The translations under genes and the position numbers were made by a program. From Stutzerimonas stutzeri (GTDB lineage Bacteria; Pseudomonadota; Gammaproteobacteria; Pseudomonadales; Pseudomonadaceae), in the NCBI GenBank assembly GCA_024451105.1, contig JANGEY010000010.1, positions 13,006 through 77,005 of the forward strand: a stretch of 64,000 nt of DNA. Direction: 5' to 3'. Of the stretch, positions 34,476 through 45,963 are shown one piece after another. Within the stretch, counting starts at the first letter, position 1. The number at the start of each line of letters is the position of its first letter. The notes under the pieces were generated by a model that worked only from the letters and a program-made list of their open reading frames with translations, was not told the origin of the DNA and did not search any database.

Positions 34476-35104
34476 GCGCGGCTCTCCTCGACAGCGGGAA
34501 GCAGGAACTCCTCGTAGGCCTCGGTGGCCTTGATCACGTTGTCGGCGAGGGTTTCGATCTCGCAGACCACGTCGGCCAGGCTGGCGGCGGCGCTCAGCGC
34601 GCCGAACATCAGGTAGCAGGAGCGACCGTCGGGGAGGGTCTCCAGGCCGATGCTGGAGAGCGGGAACAGCTTGTGGGTGCGCAGCACCTGCTCGTTGAAG
34701 GCCGCCGCATCGCGCACGTCGGCCTGCGGCCAGAGCAGCGCCTCGACCAGGATCTGCTCGCCGACCACGGCGACGAACAGCGGCAGGTCGCCGTAGTCGT
34801 GCAGGGTCAGGTGCAGGCTGGGGTCGGCGCCCTGCAGCAGCTCCATGCTGGCGCGCCCGGCGCGCAGCAGCTCGACGTTGGCCAGCGCTTCGTACAGCTC
34901 GCCGGTGCTCCACAACCTGGGCATGTGCATACCCCCCTCCTCCGTTGAGGCCAAGCCCGCAGCGGGCTGGCGCAGTTTCCGTTCCATGACCGCGAGCGCG
35001 GCGGCGTGCTCGGGCCGAATCCACACTTCCTTCTTCACCAGCCCCTGCTCGCGCAGGCGCTGGCGGTACAGGCGCTGGTAATGGGCCGACGATTTGCTGT
35101 CCAT
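34472..35104 (-). CDS. DUF2170/YjfI-like protein (first gene of module); true start possibly internal (M59/M61)
   Basis: ORF of 210 codons. A strong SD GGAGGAGGGGGG precedes internal ATGs at 34930/34924, giving a 150-152 aa product typical of YjfI. The annotated longest start (35104) has poor SD spacing, yet the N-terminal 58 aa look protein-like. Confidence 0.55.
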   Translation of the reverse strand: MDSKSSAHYQRLYRQRLREQGLVKKEVWIRPEHAAALAVMERKLRQPAAGLASTEEGGMHMPRLWSTGELYEALANVELLRAGRASMELLQGADPSLHLTLHDYGDLPLFVAVVGEQILVEALLWPQADVRDAAAFNEQVLRTHKLFPLSSIGLETLPDGRSCYLMFGALSAAASLADVVCEIETLADNVIKATEAYEEFLLPAVEESRA

Positions 35105-35258
35105 GCCTCGAGGCTAGAGCATCACATGTGTGAAAACCATGTCTTACATGTGGGGTTTTCGCCAAGCCGCGCACAGAATCGACACGAGGCCTCGGTCCCC
35201 TCGCCGCGCCGCGCGCAATCGCCTAGGCTTGGCCATCCCATCGCCCCACGGAGTCGCC

Positions 35259-36458
35259 ATGTCCCTGCCCGTCAAACCCCTCGCCGGCCTCAAGGTCATC
35301 GAGCTCGGCACCCTGATCGCCGGCCCCTTCGCCGCGCGGATCTGCGCCGAGTTCGGCGCCGAAGTGATCAAGATCGAGTCGCCCGACGGCGGCGATCCAC
35401 TGCGCAAGTGGCGCAAGCTGTACGAGGGCACCTCGCTGTGGTGGTTCGTGCAGGCGCGCAACAAGCAGTCGCTGACCCTCAACCTCAAGCACCCCGAGGC
35501 GCGCGAGATCCTCGAACAGCTGGTGACCGAGGCGGACATCGTCATCGAGAACTTCCGTCCCGGCGTGCTGGAGAAGCTCGGCCTCGGCTGGGAACGGCTG
35601 CACGCGCTCAACCCGAAGCTGGTGATGGTACGCCTGTCCGGCTTCGGCCAGAGCGGACCGCTGAAGGACCAGCCGGGTTTCGGCGCGGTCGGCGAGTCGA
35701 TGGGCGGGCTGCGCTACATCACCGGCTTCGCGGACCGCCCGCCGGTACGCACCGGCATCTCCATCGGCGACTCGATCGCCGCGCTGTGGGGGGTGATCGG
35801 CGCGCTGATGGCGCTGCGCCACCGCGAGGTCAACGGCGGCCGCGGCCAGGTGGTCGACGTGGCGCTGTACGAGGCGGTGTTCGCCATGATGGAGAGCCTG
35901 GTGCCGGAGTTCGACGTGTTCGGCTTCATCCGCGAGCGCACCGGCAACATCATGCCCGGCATCACCCCCTCCTCCATCCACACCAGCGCCGACGGCAGGC
36001 ACGTGCAGATCGGCGCCAACGGCGACGCGATCTTCCGGCGCTTCATGCTGGCGATCGGCCGCCACGACCTGGCCGAGGATCCGTCCCTGGCCGACAACGC
36101 CGGGCGCGATGCGCGGCGCGACGAGCTGTACGGGGTGATCGACCGCTGGGTGCAGTCGCTGCCGCTGGATACGGTGCTGGCGGTGCTCGCCCAGGCCGAG
36201 GTACCGGCCAGCCGCATCTACAGCGTCGAGGACATGTTCGGCGACCCGCAGTTCCTCGCCCGCGACATGCTGCAGAAGGCGAAGCTGCCCGATGGCCGGG
36301 AATTTCGCATGCCCGGCATCGTGCCGAAACTCTCCGAGACGCCCGGCGGCACCGAATGGATCGGCCCGCAGCTGGGCGAGCACACCGCGGCGATCCTCGA
36401 ACGGCTGGGCTACGATGCCGGACGCATCGCCGCGCTCAAGGCGGCCGGCGCGGTGTAG
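35259..36458 (+). CDS. CoA-transferase family III (CaiB/BaiF) protein
   Basis: MSLPVKPLAGLKVIELGTLIAGPFAARICAEFGAEVIKIE... is the canonical family III N-terminus. The conserved catalytic Asp region is present. Confidence 0.85.
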   Translation: MSLPVKPLAGLKVIELGTLIAGPFAARICAEFGAEVIKIESPDGGDPLRKWRKLYEGTSLWWFVQARNKQSLTLNLKHPEAREILEQLVTEADIVIENFRPGVLEKLGLGWERLHALNPKLVMVRLSGFGQSGPLKDQPGFGAVGESMGGLRYITGFADRPPVRTGISIGDSIAALWGVIGALMALRHREVNGGRGQVVDVALYEAVFAMMESLVPEFDVFGFIRERTGNIMPGITPSSIHTSADGRHVQIGANGDAIFRRFMLAIGRHDLAEDPSLADNAGRDARRDELYGVIDRWVQSLPLDTVLAVLAQAEVPASRIYSVEDMFGDPQFLARDMLQKAKLPDGREFRMPGIVPKLSETPGGTEWIGPQLGEHTAAILERLGYDAGRIAALKAAGAV

Positions 36459-36459
36459 T

Positions 36460-37623
36460 TCAGGCCAGCCCGGGGCGCGGCTGGCGGCGCACGGTTGACC
36501 AGCCGTGGCAAGCCGGGCACTGCCAGTACAGCTGGCGGGACTGGAAGCCGCAGTGATGGCAGCGGTAGGCCGGCGCGCTGGCCAGCAGACTGGCCAGCGC
36601 CTCGCGCAGCGGCGACAGCTGGGCCCGGCACGCCTCCGGCGCGCGGTCGCGCTGGTAGTCGAGCAGACGCAGCATCAGCGGCAGCGACGGCTGGCGGGCC
36701 AGGCACTGCTGCAGATGCTCGATGGCCGCCGTGCTGCCCAGGCGCTGGGCGATCAGCTCGGCCAAGGCCAGCTGCAGCGGATCGGCGCGCCGGGCGTCGA
36801 AACGCTCGAGGATCGCCCCGAGCACCTGTTCGAGGCGCAAACGCGCCTCGTCGCCTGCGGCGTACTGCAGCAGCTGCGGCAGGGCCTCGGGAAACAGCTC
36901 GGCATCCTGCTCCACCACCTGCAGCAACTGGCGGATGGCCGCATCGGTGCGCCCCGTCTGCCAGTCGAGGCGGGCGAGGATCAGGCTGGCGCGCACGCAG
37001 GCCGGATCGCGACGCAGCGCGCGCTGCAGCAGCGGCCGCGCCGCCTCGGCCTCGCGTCGACGCAACTGCTGCTCGGCCAGCTCGCAATGGTAGTGGGCGG
37101 CGGCCACCCGCACGGCCGGCTCCAGCTCGCTGAGGCGGATGCCGACCTCTACGGCCTTCTGCCACTCGCGCTCGCGCTCATAGATGCGCTGCAGGCTGCG
37201 CAGGGCCTGCGGGGTGACCGCGGCGGCGCTGTCGACCAGATTCTGCAGCAGGGGTTCGGCACGCGACAGCTCGCCGGCGGAGAGGAAGTCGTTGGCCAGC
37301 TCGAGCTGCGCGCGCTCCTGCTGGGGACGCCCCAGCTCGGGGCGGGTCAGCAGGTTCTGGTGCACCTCGGTGGCCTTGGCCAGCTCGCCGCGCAGGCGGA
37401 ACTGGCGACCGACGCCGAGGTGAGTCTCGAAGGTCTCGTTGCTGACCTCCAGCGCCTCGACCAGGCGCTGCAGCACGGCGTCGGGCTGCTCGTCGAGCAG
37501 ATGGTTGTTGCTGATCGCCACGGCGGCACGACGCTGCAACAGCGGCTGGCGCTCCCGCCGCCCGAGCCACCAGCCACAGCCGATGGCCAGCATGAACAGG
37601 ACGAGCCAGAGCAGCTCGTGCAT
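36460..37623 (-). CDS. lapB: lipopolysaccharide assembly protein B (TPR + C-terminal rubredoxin-like CxxC pairs)
   Basis: N-terminal TM helix, TPR repeats, and C-terminal CHHCGF...CPACHGW metal-binding motifs, as in LapB/YciM. Confidence 0.85.
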   Translation of the reverse strand: MHELLWLVLFMLAIGCGWWLGRRERQPLLQRRAAVAISNNHLLDEQPDAVLQRLVEALEVSNETFETHLGVGRQFRLRGELAKATEVHQNLLTRPELGRPQQERAQLELANDFLSAGELSRAEPLLQNLVDSAAAVTPQALRSLQRIYEREREWQKAVEVGIRLSELEPAVRVAAAHYHCELAEQQLRRREAEAARPLLQRALRRDPACVRASLILARLDWQTGRTDAAIRQLLQVVEQDAELFPEALPQLLQYAAGDEARLRLEQVLGAILERFDARRADPLQLALAELIAQRLGSTAAIEHLQQCLARQPSLPLMLRLLDYQRDRAPEACRAQLSPLREALASLLASAPAYRCHHCGFQSRQLYWQCPACHGWSTVRRQPRPGLA

Positions 37624-37626
37624 GGA

Positions 37627-37932
37627 TCAGGATTCCTTGCGGGCCAGCTGCTCGCGCAGGCGGTCGAGCTCCTTGCGGCAGCGCCCCAGCTCGCTGCGGT
37701 TGCGCGCCAGGGCGAACTTGAGACGGGCGCGCAGGTAGAGACTGAGCAGCACGCCGGCCAAGCCACCGGCAACAAAGGCCAGGGCGACGAAGAAGGCCAC
37801 CGGCAGCTCCGGCGTCTGCAGGGTCATGAACTGCAGACGCGCCTGGCCCTGGTTCTCGAGGACGAACACCAGGGTGATCGCCGCCACCAGCAGCGCGGCG
37901 GCGGCCACCAGGATGCGTTTGATCCAGTACAT
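37627..37932 (-). CDS. lapA: lipopolysaccharide assembly protein A
   Basis: 101-aa protein with two TM helices, immediately upstream of lapB. Confidence 0.8.
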   Translation of the reverse strand: MYWIKRILVAAAALLVAAITLVFVLENQGQARLQFMTLQTPELPVAFFVALAFVAGGLAGVLLSLYLRARLKFALARNRSELGRCRKELDRLREQLARKES

Positions 37933-37980
37933 GCGGTACTCCTCGGACAGGACTTCGGCGATCAGCCCAGCGCGGATCGC

Positions 37981-38265
37981 TCAGTGCAGCTCGTTGACCC
38001 GGTCGCGCAATTCCTTGCCCGGCTTGAAGTGGGGCACGAACTTGCCGTCCAGATGCACGGATTCGCCGGTCTTCGGATTGCGCCCGACCCGCGGCGCGCG
38101 ATAGTGCAGCGAGAAACTGCCGAAACCGCGAATCTCGATGCGATCGCCGGCGGCCAGCGCGTGCGTCATCTGCTCCAGCATGGTCTTGATGGCCAGCTCG
38201 ACATCGCGGGACGAAAGCTGCCCCTGGTGGGTGACGATGCGTTCGATCAACTCCGACTTGGTCAT
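37981..38265 (-). CDS. ihfB: integration host factor subunit beta
   Basis: 94 aa starting [10 protein letters not shown], with [22 protein letters not shown], highly conserved. Confidence 0.95.
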   Translation of the reverse strand: MTKSELIERIVTHQGQLSSRDVELAIKTMLEQMTHALAAGDRIEIRGFGSFSLHYRAPRVGRNPKTGESVHLDGKFVPHFKPGKELRDRVNELH

Positions 38266-38453
38266 GGTTTTCCCTTGTGTTTCAAGCGGCTAGATCAGTT
38301 CCTAGTGGTTTTAGCACGGCCGGAGGGGTTTGACCAGCCTGCCGCTATTGACAGTACCGGACGATTGTGAAAATGCGTGTCGCGGGTCTGCCGGACGCTT
38401 GTGGCCGGCACGGACGGCGATTACCGTGGGGGCCATCGGACTGGAGACTCCTC

Positions 38454-39119
38454 ATGCGTATTGCCCCCGTACTCGCCCTGGGCCTGCTCCCCCTGCTGGA
38501 AGGCTGCCAGTGGCTGCCCTGGTCGTCCGCCACCCCGCAACCGGCGCCACTGCGCGTGCAGGGCGAACTGAGCCGCGCCGGCGAGCTGCTGATGCTCACC
38601 CCGTGCGGCGAGGAGCGCCACCTGCTGCTGCTCGACGCCGGCGGACTGGATATGGAGGCAAGCGCCGCGCGCCTGCAGGGCGACGCGGAACGGACGCTGT
38701 TCGCCGACCTCGGCGGCCAGCTGGACGCCAGCCCGAGCGGCGACGGCCTGTTCGCGGTCGAGCGCCTGTATCGCCTGCAGGCCGAGGGGCCTGGCTGCGG
38801 CGAGGCGGAGTTCAAGCAGCTGATCGTGCGCGCCAGCGGCAACGAGCCGGCCTGGGCGCTGCGCGTCGGCGCGCGCGGCATGCTGCTGGAGCGACCGGGA
38901 CAGCCACCGCTGGCCCTGCCCTATCTCGAGGAGAGCCTGCCGGACGGCAGCCTGGGCTTCTCCAGCACGGCGGACGGTCAGCGCCTCGAGCTGTGGCTGG
39001 CGCCCGGGCGCTGCGAGGACAGCATGAGCGGTACGCTCAGCCACCTGCAGGCGCAGCTGCGGCTGGGCGATGCGCCGCCGCTGGCCGGCTGCGCGGCGCT
39101 GGGCGGCGCGCGCAACTGA
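38454..39119 (+). CDS. hypothetical lipoprotein
   Basis: MRIAPVLALGLLPLLEGC is a signal peptide with lipobox. SD GGAG is upstream. No confident family assignment. Confidence 0.55.
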   Translation: MRIAPVLALGLLPLLEGCQWLPWSSATPQPAPLRVQGELSRAGELLMLTPCGEERHLLLLDAGGLDMEASAARLQGDAERTLFADLGGQLDASPSGDGLFAVERLYRLQAEGPGCGEAEFKQLIVRASGNEPAWALRVGARGMLLERPGQPPLALPYLEESLPDGSLGFSSTADGQRLELWLAPGRCEDSMSGTLSHLQAQLRLGDAPPLAGCAALGGARN

Positions 39120-39138
39120 CCGGCAGGCGTGCTGCCGA

Positions 39139-39471
39139 TCACTCCTGCCAGGGCTTGCCGCGGGTCCGCTCCCAGGCGGCGAGCTTCTGCTGCATGGCCG
39201 CCTTGGCCAGCATGTGTGCGCTGACCGGTGCGGTGATGAACAGGAACAGGGTGATCAGCAGCTCGTGCAGGCTGAACGCCTCGCGGTGGAAGTTGAAGAA
39301 CAGCAGCGAGCCGACCAGGATGCCGCCCACCCCGAGCGTGGTGGCCTTGGTCGGCCCGTGCAGGCGGGTGAAGAAGTCCGGCAGACGGTACAGACCGATC
39401 GAGCCGATCAGAGCGAACAGGCTGCCAAGCAGGAGAAACAGCGCGATCAGCGCCTCGATCCAGATGTTCAT
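39139..39471 (-). CDS. mnhG: monovalent cation/H+ antiporter subunit G
   Basis: 110-aa membrane protein of the MnhG/PhaG family, at the end of the mnh operon. Confidence 0.8.
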   Translation of the reverse strand: MNIWIEALIALFLLLGSLFALIGSIGLYRLPDFFTRLHGPTKATTLGVGGILVGSLLFFNFHREAFSLHELLITLFLFITAPVSAHMLAKAAMQQKLAAWERTRGKPWQE

Positions 39472-39481
39472 CGCACGCTCC

Positions 39482-39751
39482 TCACTCGATGATGTCGCCG
39501 CGCAGCAGGTACTTGCTGAGCGCCACGGTACCGACGAAGCCCATCACCGCGATCAGCAGGGCCGCCTCGAAGAACAGGTCGCTGGCCAGCCACAGGCCGA
39601 ACAGCACCAGCATGGCGATGGCGTTGATGTACAGGGTGTCCAGCGCCAGGAAGCGGTCGGGAAGGTCCGGCCCCCTGAGCAGACGCGCCAGGTTGAGCAG
39701 CATCGCCACGGCGATCAGCACCAGACACAGGGGGATCACGTAACCTAGCAT
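39482..39751 (-). CDS. mnhF: monovalent cation/H+ antiporter subunit F
   Basis: 89-aa membrane protein of the MnhF/PhaF family. Confidence 0.8.
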   Translation of the reverse strand: MLGYVIPLCLVLIAVAMLLNLARLLRGPDLPDRFLALDTLYINAIAMLVLFGLWLASDLFFEAALLIAVMGFVGTVALSKYLLRGDIIE

Positions 39752-40242
39752 GCGAAGATCTCCTTCAGCGGCGCCTCGTAGCGGCTCTTGATCTCGGCGA
39801 TCAGCGCCTGGTCGTCGCCGCTGTGCAGGGCATGCACCAGCAGGCGACGACGATCGACGCTCAGCGAGGCCGCCACGGTGCCGGGGGCCAGGGAAATGGA
39901 GCTGGCCAGCAGGAAGATCGCCAGCTCGTGCTCGAGCTCGATCGGCACCTCGACGAAGGCCGGCTGCAGGCGCTCGACGGGACCGAGCACCAGACGGGCG
40001 ACGTCCAGGTTGGCCCGCGCGATGTCGCCGAACAGGCGCAGGACGTAGCGCAGCAGCTTCAGCGGATGACGGATGCGCCACGGCCGATTGCGCGGGTCGC
40101 GGACGACCTGCGGGATCGCCAGGGCGAGCAGCCCGCCCAGCAGCCAGTGACCGAGGGAGAAGTCGTTGACCAGCAGCGGCCAGACCAGCAGCAGGCCGAT
40201 GCTCAGGAAGGGATAGGGCAGCACGCGGTCGAGCAGGCTCAC
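39745..40242 (-). CDS. mnhE: monovalent cation/H+ antiporter subunit E
   Basis: MnhE family. GTG start overlaps the mnhD stop (GTGA). Confidence 0.75.
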   Translation of the reverse strand: MSLLDRVLPYPFLSIGLLLVWPLLVNDFSLGHWLLGGLLALAIPQVVRDPRNRPWRIRHPLKLLRYVLRLFGDIARANLDVARLVLGPVERLQPAFVEVPIELEHELAIFLLASSISLAPGTVAASLSVDRRRLLVHALHSGDDQALIAEIKSRYEAPLKEIFAC

Positions 40243-41738
40243 AGGCCACCTCCGGAAACGGTCTGCAGATAGGGCGCCAGGTCGAGCAGCTGGGCGGCGG
40301 TGGCGCCGGCGAAAGCCAGCGCCGGCTGGGCGCCGAGCACCAGCAGCGGGCTGGCCAGCAGCAGGCAGGCGCAGGCCAGCACCGACGGCGGATCCAGGTC
40401 GGCGCTGTCCAGCTGGTGCTGGCCGACGTGCCAGAACAGCTGGCTGCCGGCACGACTGAGCGCCACCAGCGTGACCAGACCGCCGATCAGCAGCACCGGC
40501 CACAGGGCCACCGCCGCCAGGCCGGGCGTCGCCTTGAGCAGCAGCAGCTTGCCGAGGAAACCGGAAAACGGCGGCAGCCCGGCCACGGCGATGGCGCCGA
40601 GGAAGAACAGCCCGCCCAGCAGACGCGGACTCATCAGTGCCGGCCCCTGCACCAGCGCGCAACCCTTGTCGCCACGCTGGCGGGCGACCAGATCGGCGAG
40701 CAGGAACAGCCCGCCGGCCACCCAGGTGCTGTGGATCAGGTAGTAGAGCGCCGCGGTCAACGACTCCGGGGTGCCCAGCGACAGGCCGGCGAGCAGGGTG
40801 CCCACCGACACCACCACCAGGTAGGCCAGCAGCCCCTGCAGGGTCACCGCGGCCAGGGCGCCGATGGCGCCGACCGCCAGGGTCAGCAGAGCCAGCGGCC
40901 AAAGCCAGTCCTGGGCCAGGCCGGCCAGTTCGCCGGCGGCGCTGCCGAACACCAGGGTGTAGACGCGCAGGATGGCGTAGAGGCCGACCTTGGTCATGAT
41001 CGCGAACAGCGCCGCCACCGGCGCGCTGGCCGCCGCATAGGCGCGCGGCAGCCAGAAGTACAACGGCAGCAGCGCCGCCTTGAGGCCGAACACCACCAGC
41101 AGCAACAAGCCGGCGGCCCCCAGCAGCCCGACCTGGTCGCCCCGCGCCGCCGCCACCCGCGCGGCCAGGTCAGCCATGTTCAGGGTGCCCGCCACGCCGT
41201 AGAGGATGCCCGCAGCGATCAGGAACAGCCCCGAACCGAGCAGGTTGAGCACCACGTAGTGCAGCGCCGAGCCCAGACGCTGCGCACCGCCGCCGTGCAC
41301 CAGCAGGGCATAGGAGGCGATCAGCAGCACCTCGAAGAACACGAACAGGTTGAACAGGTCGCCGGTGAGGAAGGCGCCATTGATGCCCAGCAGCTGGAAC
41401 TGGAACAGCGCATGGAAGTTGCTGCCGCGCTCGTCGTCGCCGCGCACCGCGTAGAGCAGCGCGAAGCAGGCCAGCAGCGCGGTCACCGCGAGCATCAGCG
41501 CGCTGAGCCGGTCGAGCAGCAGGACGATGCCGAACGGCGGCGCCCAGTTGCCCAGCGCGTAGACCCGCAGGACGCCCTCGTCGGCCAGCAGCAGCAGCCA
41601 CAGGCTCAGCGGCAGCAGCAGCCAGGTGGCCAGCAGCGACAGGGCCCGCTGCAGGCGCAGCCGGTCGCGCCCCAGGCAGAGCAGCAGGCAGCCGGCGAAC
41701 AGCGGCAGGAGGATCGGCAGGATCGGGGCGTGGATCAT
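40239..41738 (-). CDS. mnhD: monovalent cation/H+ antiporter subunit D (NuoN/NuoM-like)
   Basis: 499-aa polytopic protein of the complex I antiporter-like family. Confidence 0.9.
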   Translation of the reverse strand: MIHAPILPILLPLFAGCLLLCLGRDRLRLQRALSLLATWLLLPLSLWLLLLADEGVLRVYALGNWAPPFGIVLLLDRLSALMLAVTALLACFALLYAVRGDDERGSNFHALFQFQLLGINGAFLTGDLFNLFVFFEVLLIASYALLVHGGGAQRLGSALHYVVLNLLGSGLFLIAAGILYGVAGTLNMADLAARVAAARGDQVGLLGAAGLLLLVVFGLKAALLPLYFWLPRAYAAASAPVAALFAIMTKVGLYAILRVYTLVFGSAAGELAGLAQDWLWPLALLTLAVGAIGALAAVTLQGLLAYLVVVSVGTLLAGLSLGTPESLTAALYYLIHSTWVAGGLFLLADLVARQRGDKGCALVQGPALMSPRLLGGLFFLGAIAVAGLPPFSGFLGKLLLLKATPGLAAVALWPVLLIGGLVTLVALSRAGSQLFWHVGQHQLDSADLDPPSVLACACLLLASPLLVLGAQPALAFAGATAAQLLDLAPYLQTVSGGGL

Positions 41739-42079
41739 CGGCGTTCGCCCTCCTCGTCGTCGGCCCGGCCATCGACGTGGTCGCTGCCGAGGGCAGCCTG
41801 GCCGCGCAGCGCCAGGGCGACCACGTAGGCGGTCATCGCGAAGCCGATGACAATGGCGGTCAGCACCAGCGCCTGCGGCAGCGGATCGGTATAGCTTTCG
41901 GCCGCACCGATCACCGCCGGCTTGCCGGTATGCAGGCGCCCCATGGCGAACAGCAGCAGGTTCACCGCGTAGGACACCAGGGTCAGGCCGAGCACCACCG
42001 GAAAGGTGCGCGCGCGCAGCAGCAGGTAGACCCCGCTGGCGGTCAGGATGCCGATGGCGACGGCAAACAGTACTTCCAT
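41735..42079 (-). CDS. mnhC: monovalent cation/H+ antiporter subunit C (NuoK-like)
   Basis: MEVLFAVAIGILTASGVYLLL... is NuoK-like. Start at ATG 42079. Confidence 0.85.
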   Translation of the reverse strand: MEVLFAVAIGILTASGVYLLLRARTFPVVLGLTLVSYAVNLLLFAMGRLHTGKPAVIGAAESYTDPLPQALVLTAIVIGFAMTAYVVALALRGQAALGSDHVDGRADDEEGERR

Positions 42080-42080
42080 C

Positions 42081-44873
<2,793 letters not shown>

Positions 44874-45077
44874 TGCATCCCCCATCAGTTCCCGAACCGC
44901 CCGCCAGGGGCGGGCAGTGGCCAAATTCCAGCTTCGCGGGCCGGAGCGCGGCAGGGCACGACCCAGCCATCGCTCATCCGGCACACGCTTTTAGCACGAG
45001 ACGTGCCAGCAGGCCGCAAAGCGCCGGACAGCATAATGCCATTTGCGTCTAGCGCTGAGGTCTAAATGTTTGCAAAG

Positions 45078-45120
45078 GTTTTAAAAACAAAGGCCTGCAC
45101 CGGTCGTCGCCGGTGCAGGC
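45078..45120 (-). terminator. rho-independent terminator of the slyB-like gene
   Basis: Perfect 11-bp stem GCCTGCACCGG/CCGGTGCAGGC (45093-45120), followed on the minus strand by UUUGUUUUUAAAACC. Confidence 0.65.
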
Positions 45121-45157
45121 TGGTGCATGCGGGCGAGAAACGCCCCGCAAGGGAGCA

Positions 45158-45619
45158 TCAGTGCGCGACGCGACTGGTGCCGTTGACGGTCAGGATCCGC
45201 ACGCGGTCGCCGACGCGGAAGATCTCGCCCTCAGAGACGGCCTGGACATAGGCGCGCATGACGCCGTCGTCCTCGCGCACGGTAATCTCCACGCCCTGGG
45301 TGCGGGTCAGCCCCTCCTCGGCGGCCGCGCCGAGCATGCCGCCGGCCACCGCGCCGATCACCGCCGCCACGGCGCTGCCGCGCCCGCCGCCGACGCCGCT
45401 GCCGCCGATGCCGCCGACCACCGCGCCGGCCCCGGCGCCGATCGGCGTCTTGGTGCCCTCGATACGCACCGGGCGCAGGGAAACGATGTTGCCCATGCGC
45501 ACCGTCTGCACGGCGCGCGCCTCACCGCGGGTGTAGACATCGCCGCCGAGGTTCGAGGCGCAGCCGCCTACGGCCAGGGCCGCGGCGGCCAGACTCAGGA
45601 ATACTGCCGTTCTACGCAT
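45158..45619 (-). CDS. SlyB-like outer-membrane lipoprotein (glycine-zipper 2TM)
   Basis: MRRTAVFLSLAAAALAVGGC is a lipoprotein signal. Gly-zipper GAGAGAVVGGIGGSGVGGG follows. SD GGAGAG is upstream. Confidence 0.8.
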   Translation of the reverse strand: MRRTAVFLSLAAAALAVGGCASNLGGDVYTRGEARAVQTVRMGNIVSLRPVRIEGTKTPIGAGAGAVVGGIGGSGVGGGRGSAVAAVIGAVAGGMLGAAAEEGLTRTQGVEITVREDDGVMRAYVQAVSEGEIFRVGDRVRILTVNGTSRVAH

Positions 45620-45716
45620 GACTGCTCTCCAGTTCGCCCGTCGTCCCATGCGACTCTCCGGCGCTTTCCCGCTCCCCGCCAATCGGCTAGGGTAGGCGCG
45701 CGACACGGAGCCCGAC

Positions 45717-45956
45717 ATGGACTATTTCATCATCTTCGTTACCACTGTAACCGGATTGTACTTCCACTGGTGGCTGTACCGGCGCATCCAACGCTGGACG
45801 GACCGCGATCTCGCCCTGTCGTTCGCCGGCGACGATCCGGTCAAACGCGACTACATGCTGGCCAGCCTGGAGGAAGCCCGGACCCGGCGCGTCAGGCGCA
45901 AGGCCCTGGAACAATGGCTGGCGCAGGCCGCCGCGCAGTACCCGGGCGACCGCTGA
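45717..45956 (+). CDS. small hypothetical membrane protein (79 aa)
   Basis: N-terminal TM helix (FIIFVTTVTGLYFHWWLY) then a charged tail. Codon usage is consistent with the genome. It is divergent from the slyB-like gene. Confidence 0.4.
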   Translation: MDYFIIFVTTVTGLYFHWWLYRRIQRWTDRDLALSFAGDDPVKRDYMLASLEEARTRRVRRKALEQWLAQAAAQYPGDR

Positions 45957-45963
45957 AGGCGCA

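Noticed and set aside
25598-35104. Interpretation of the module as a horizontally acquired island.
   Set aside because: No flanking tRNA, integrase or direct repeats. GC content and codon usage appear the same as the flanks. It appears to be a chromosomal rearrangement relative to other Pseudomonas rather than a mobile island.
36459-36500. Hairpin GCCAGCC-CGGGGCGC-GGCTGGC just after the CoA-transferase stop, as a terminator.
   Set aside because: It lies inside the 3' end of the convergent lapB coding sequence and lacks a U-tract. Treated as coding-sequence secondary structure only.
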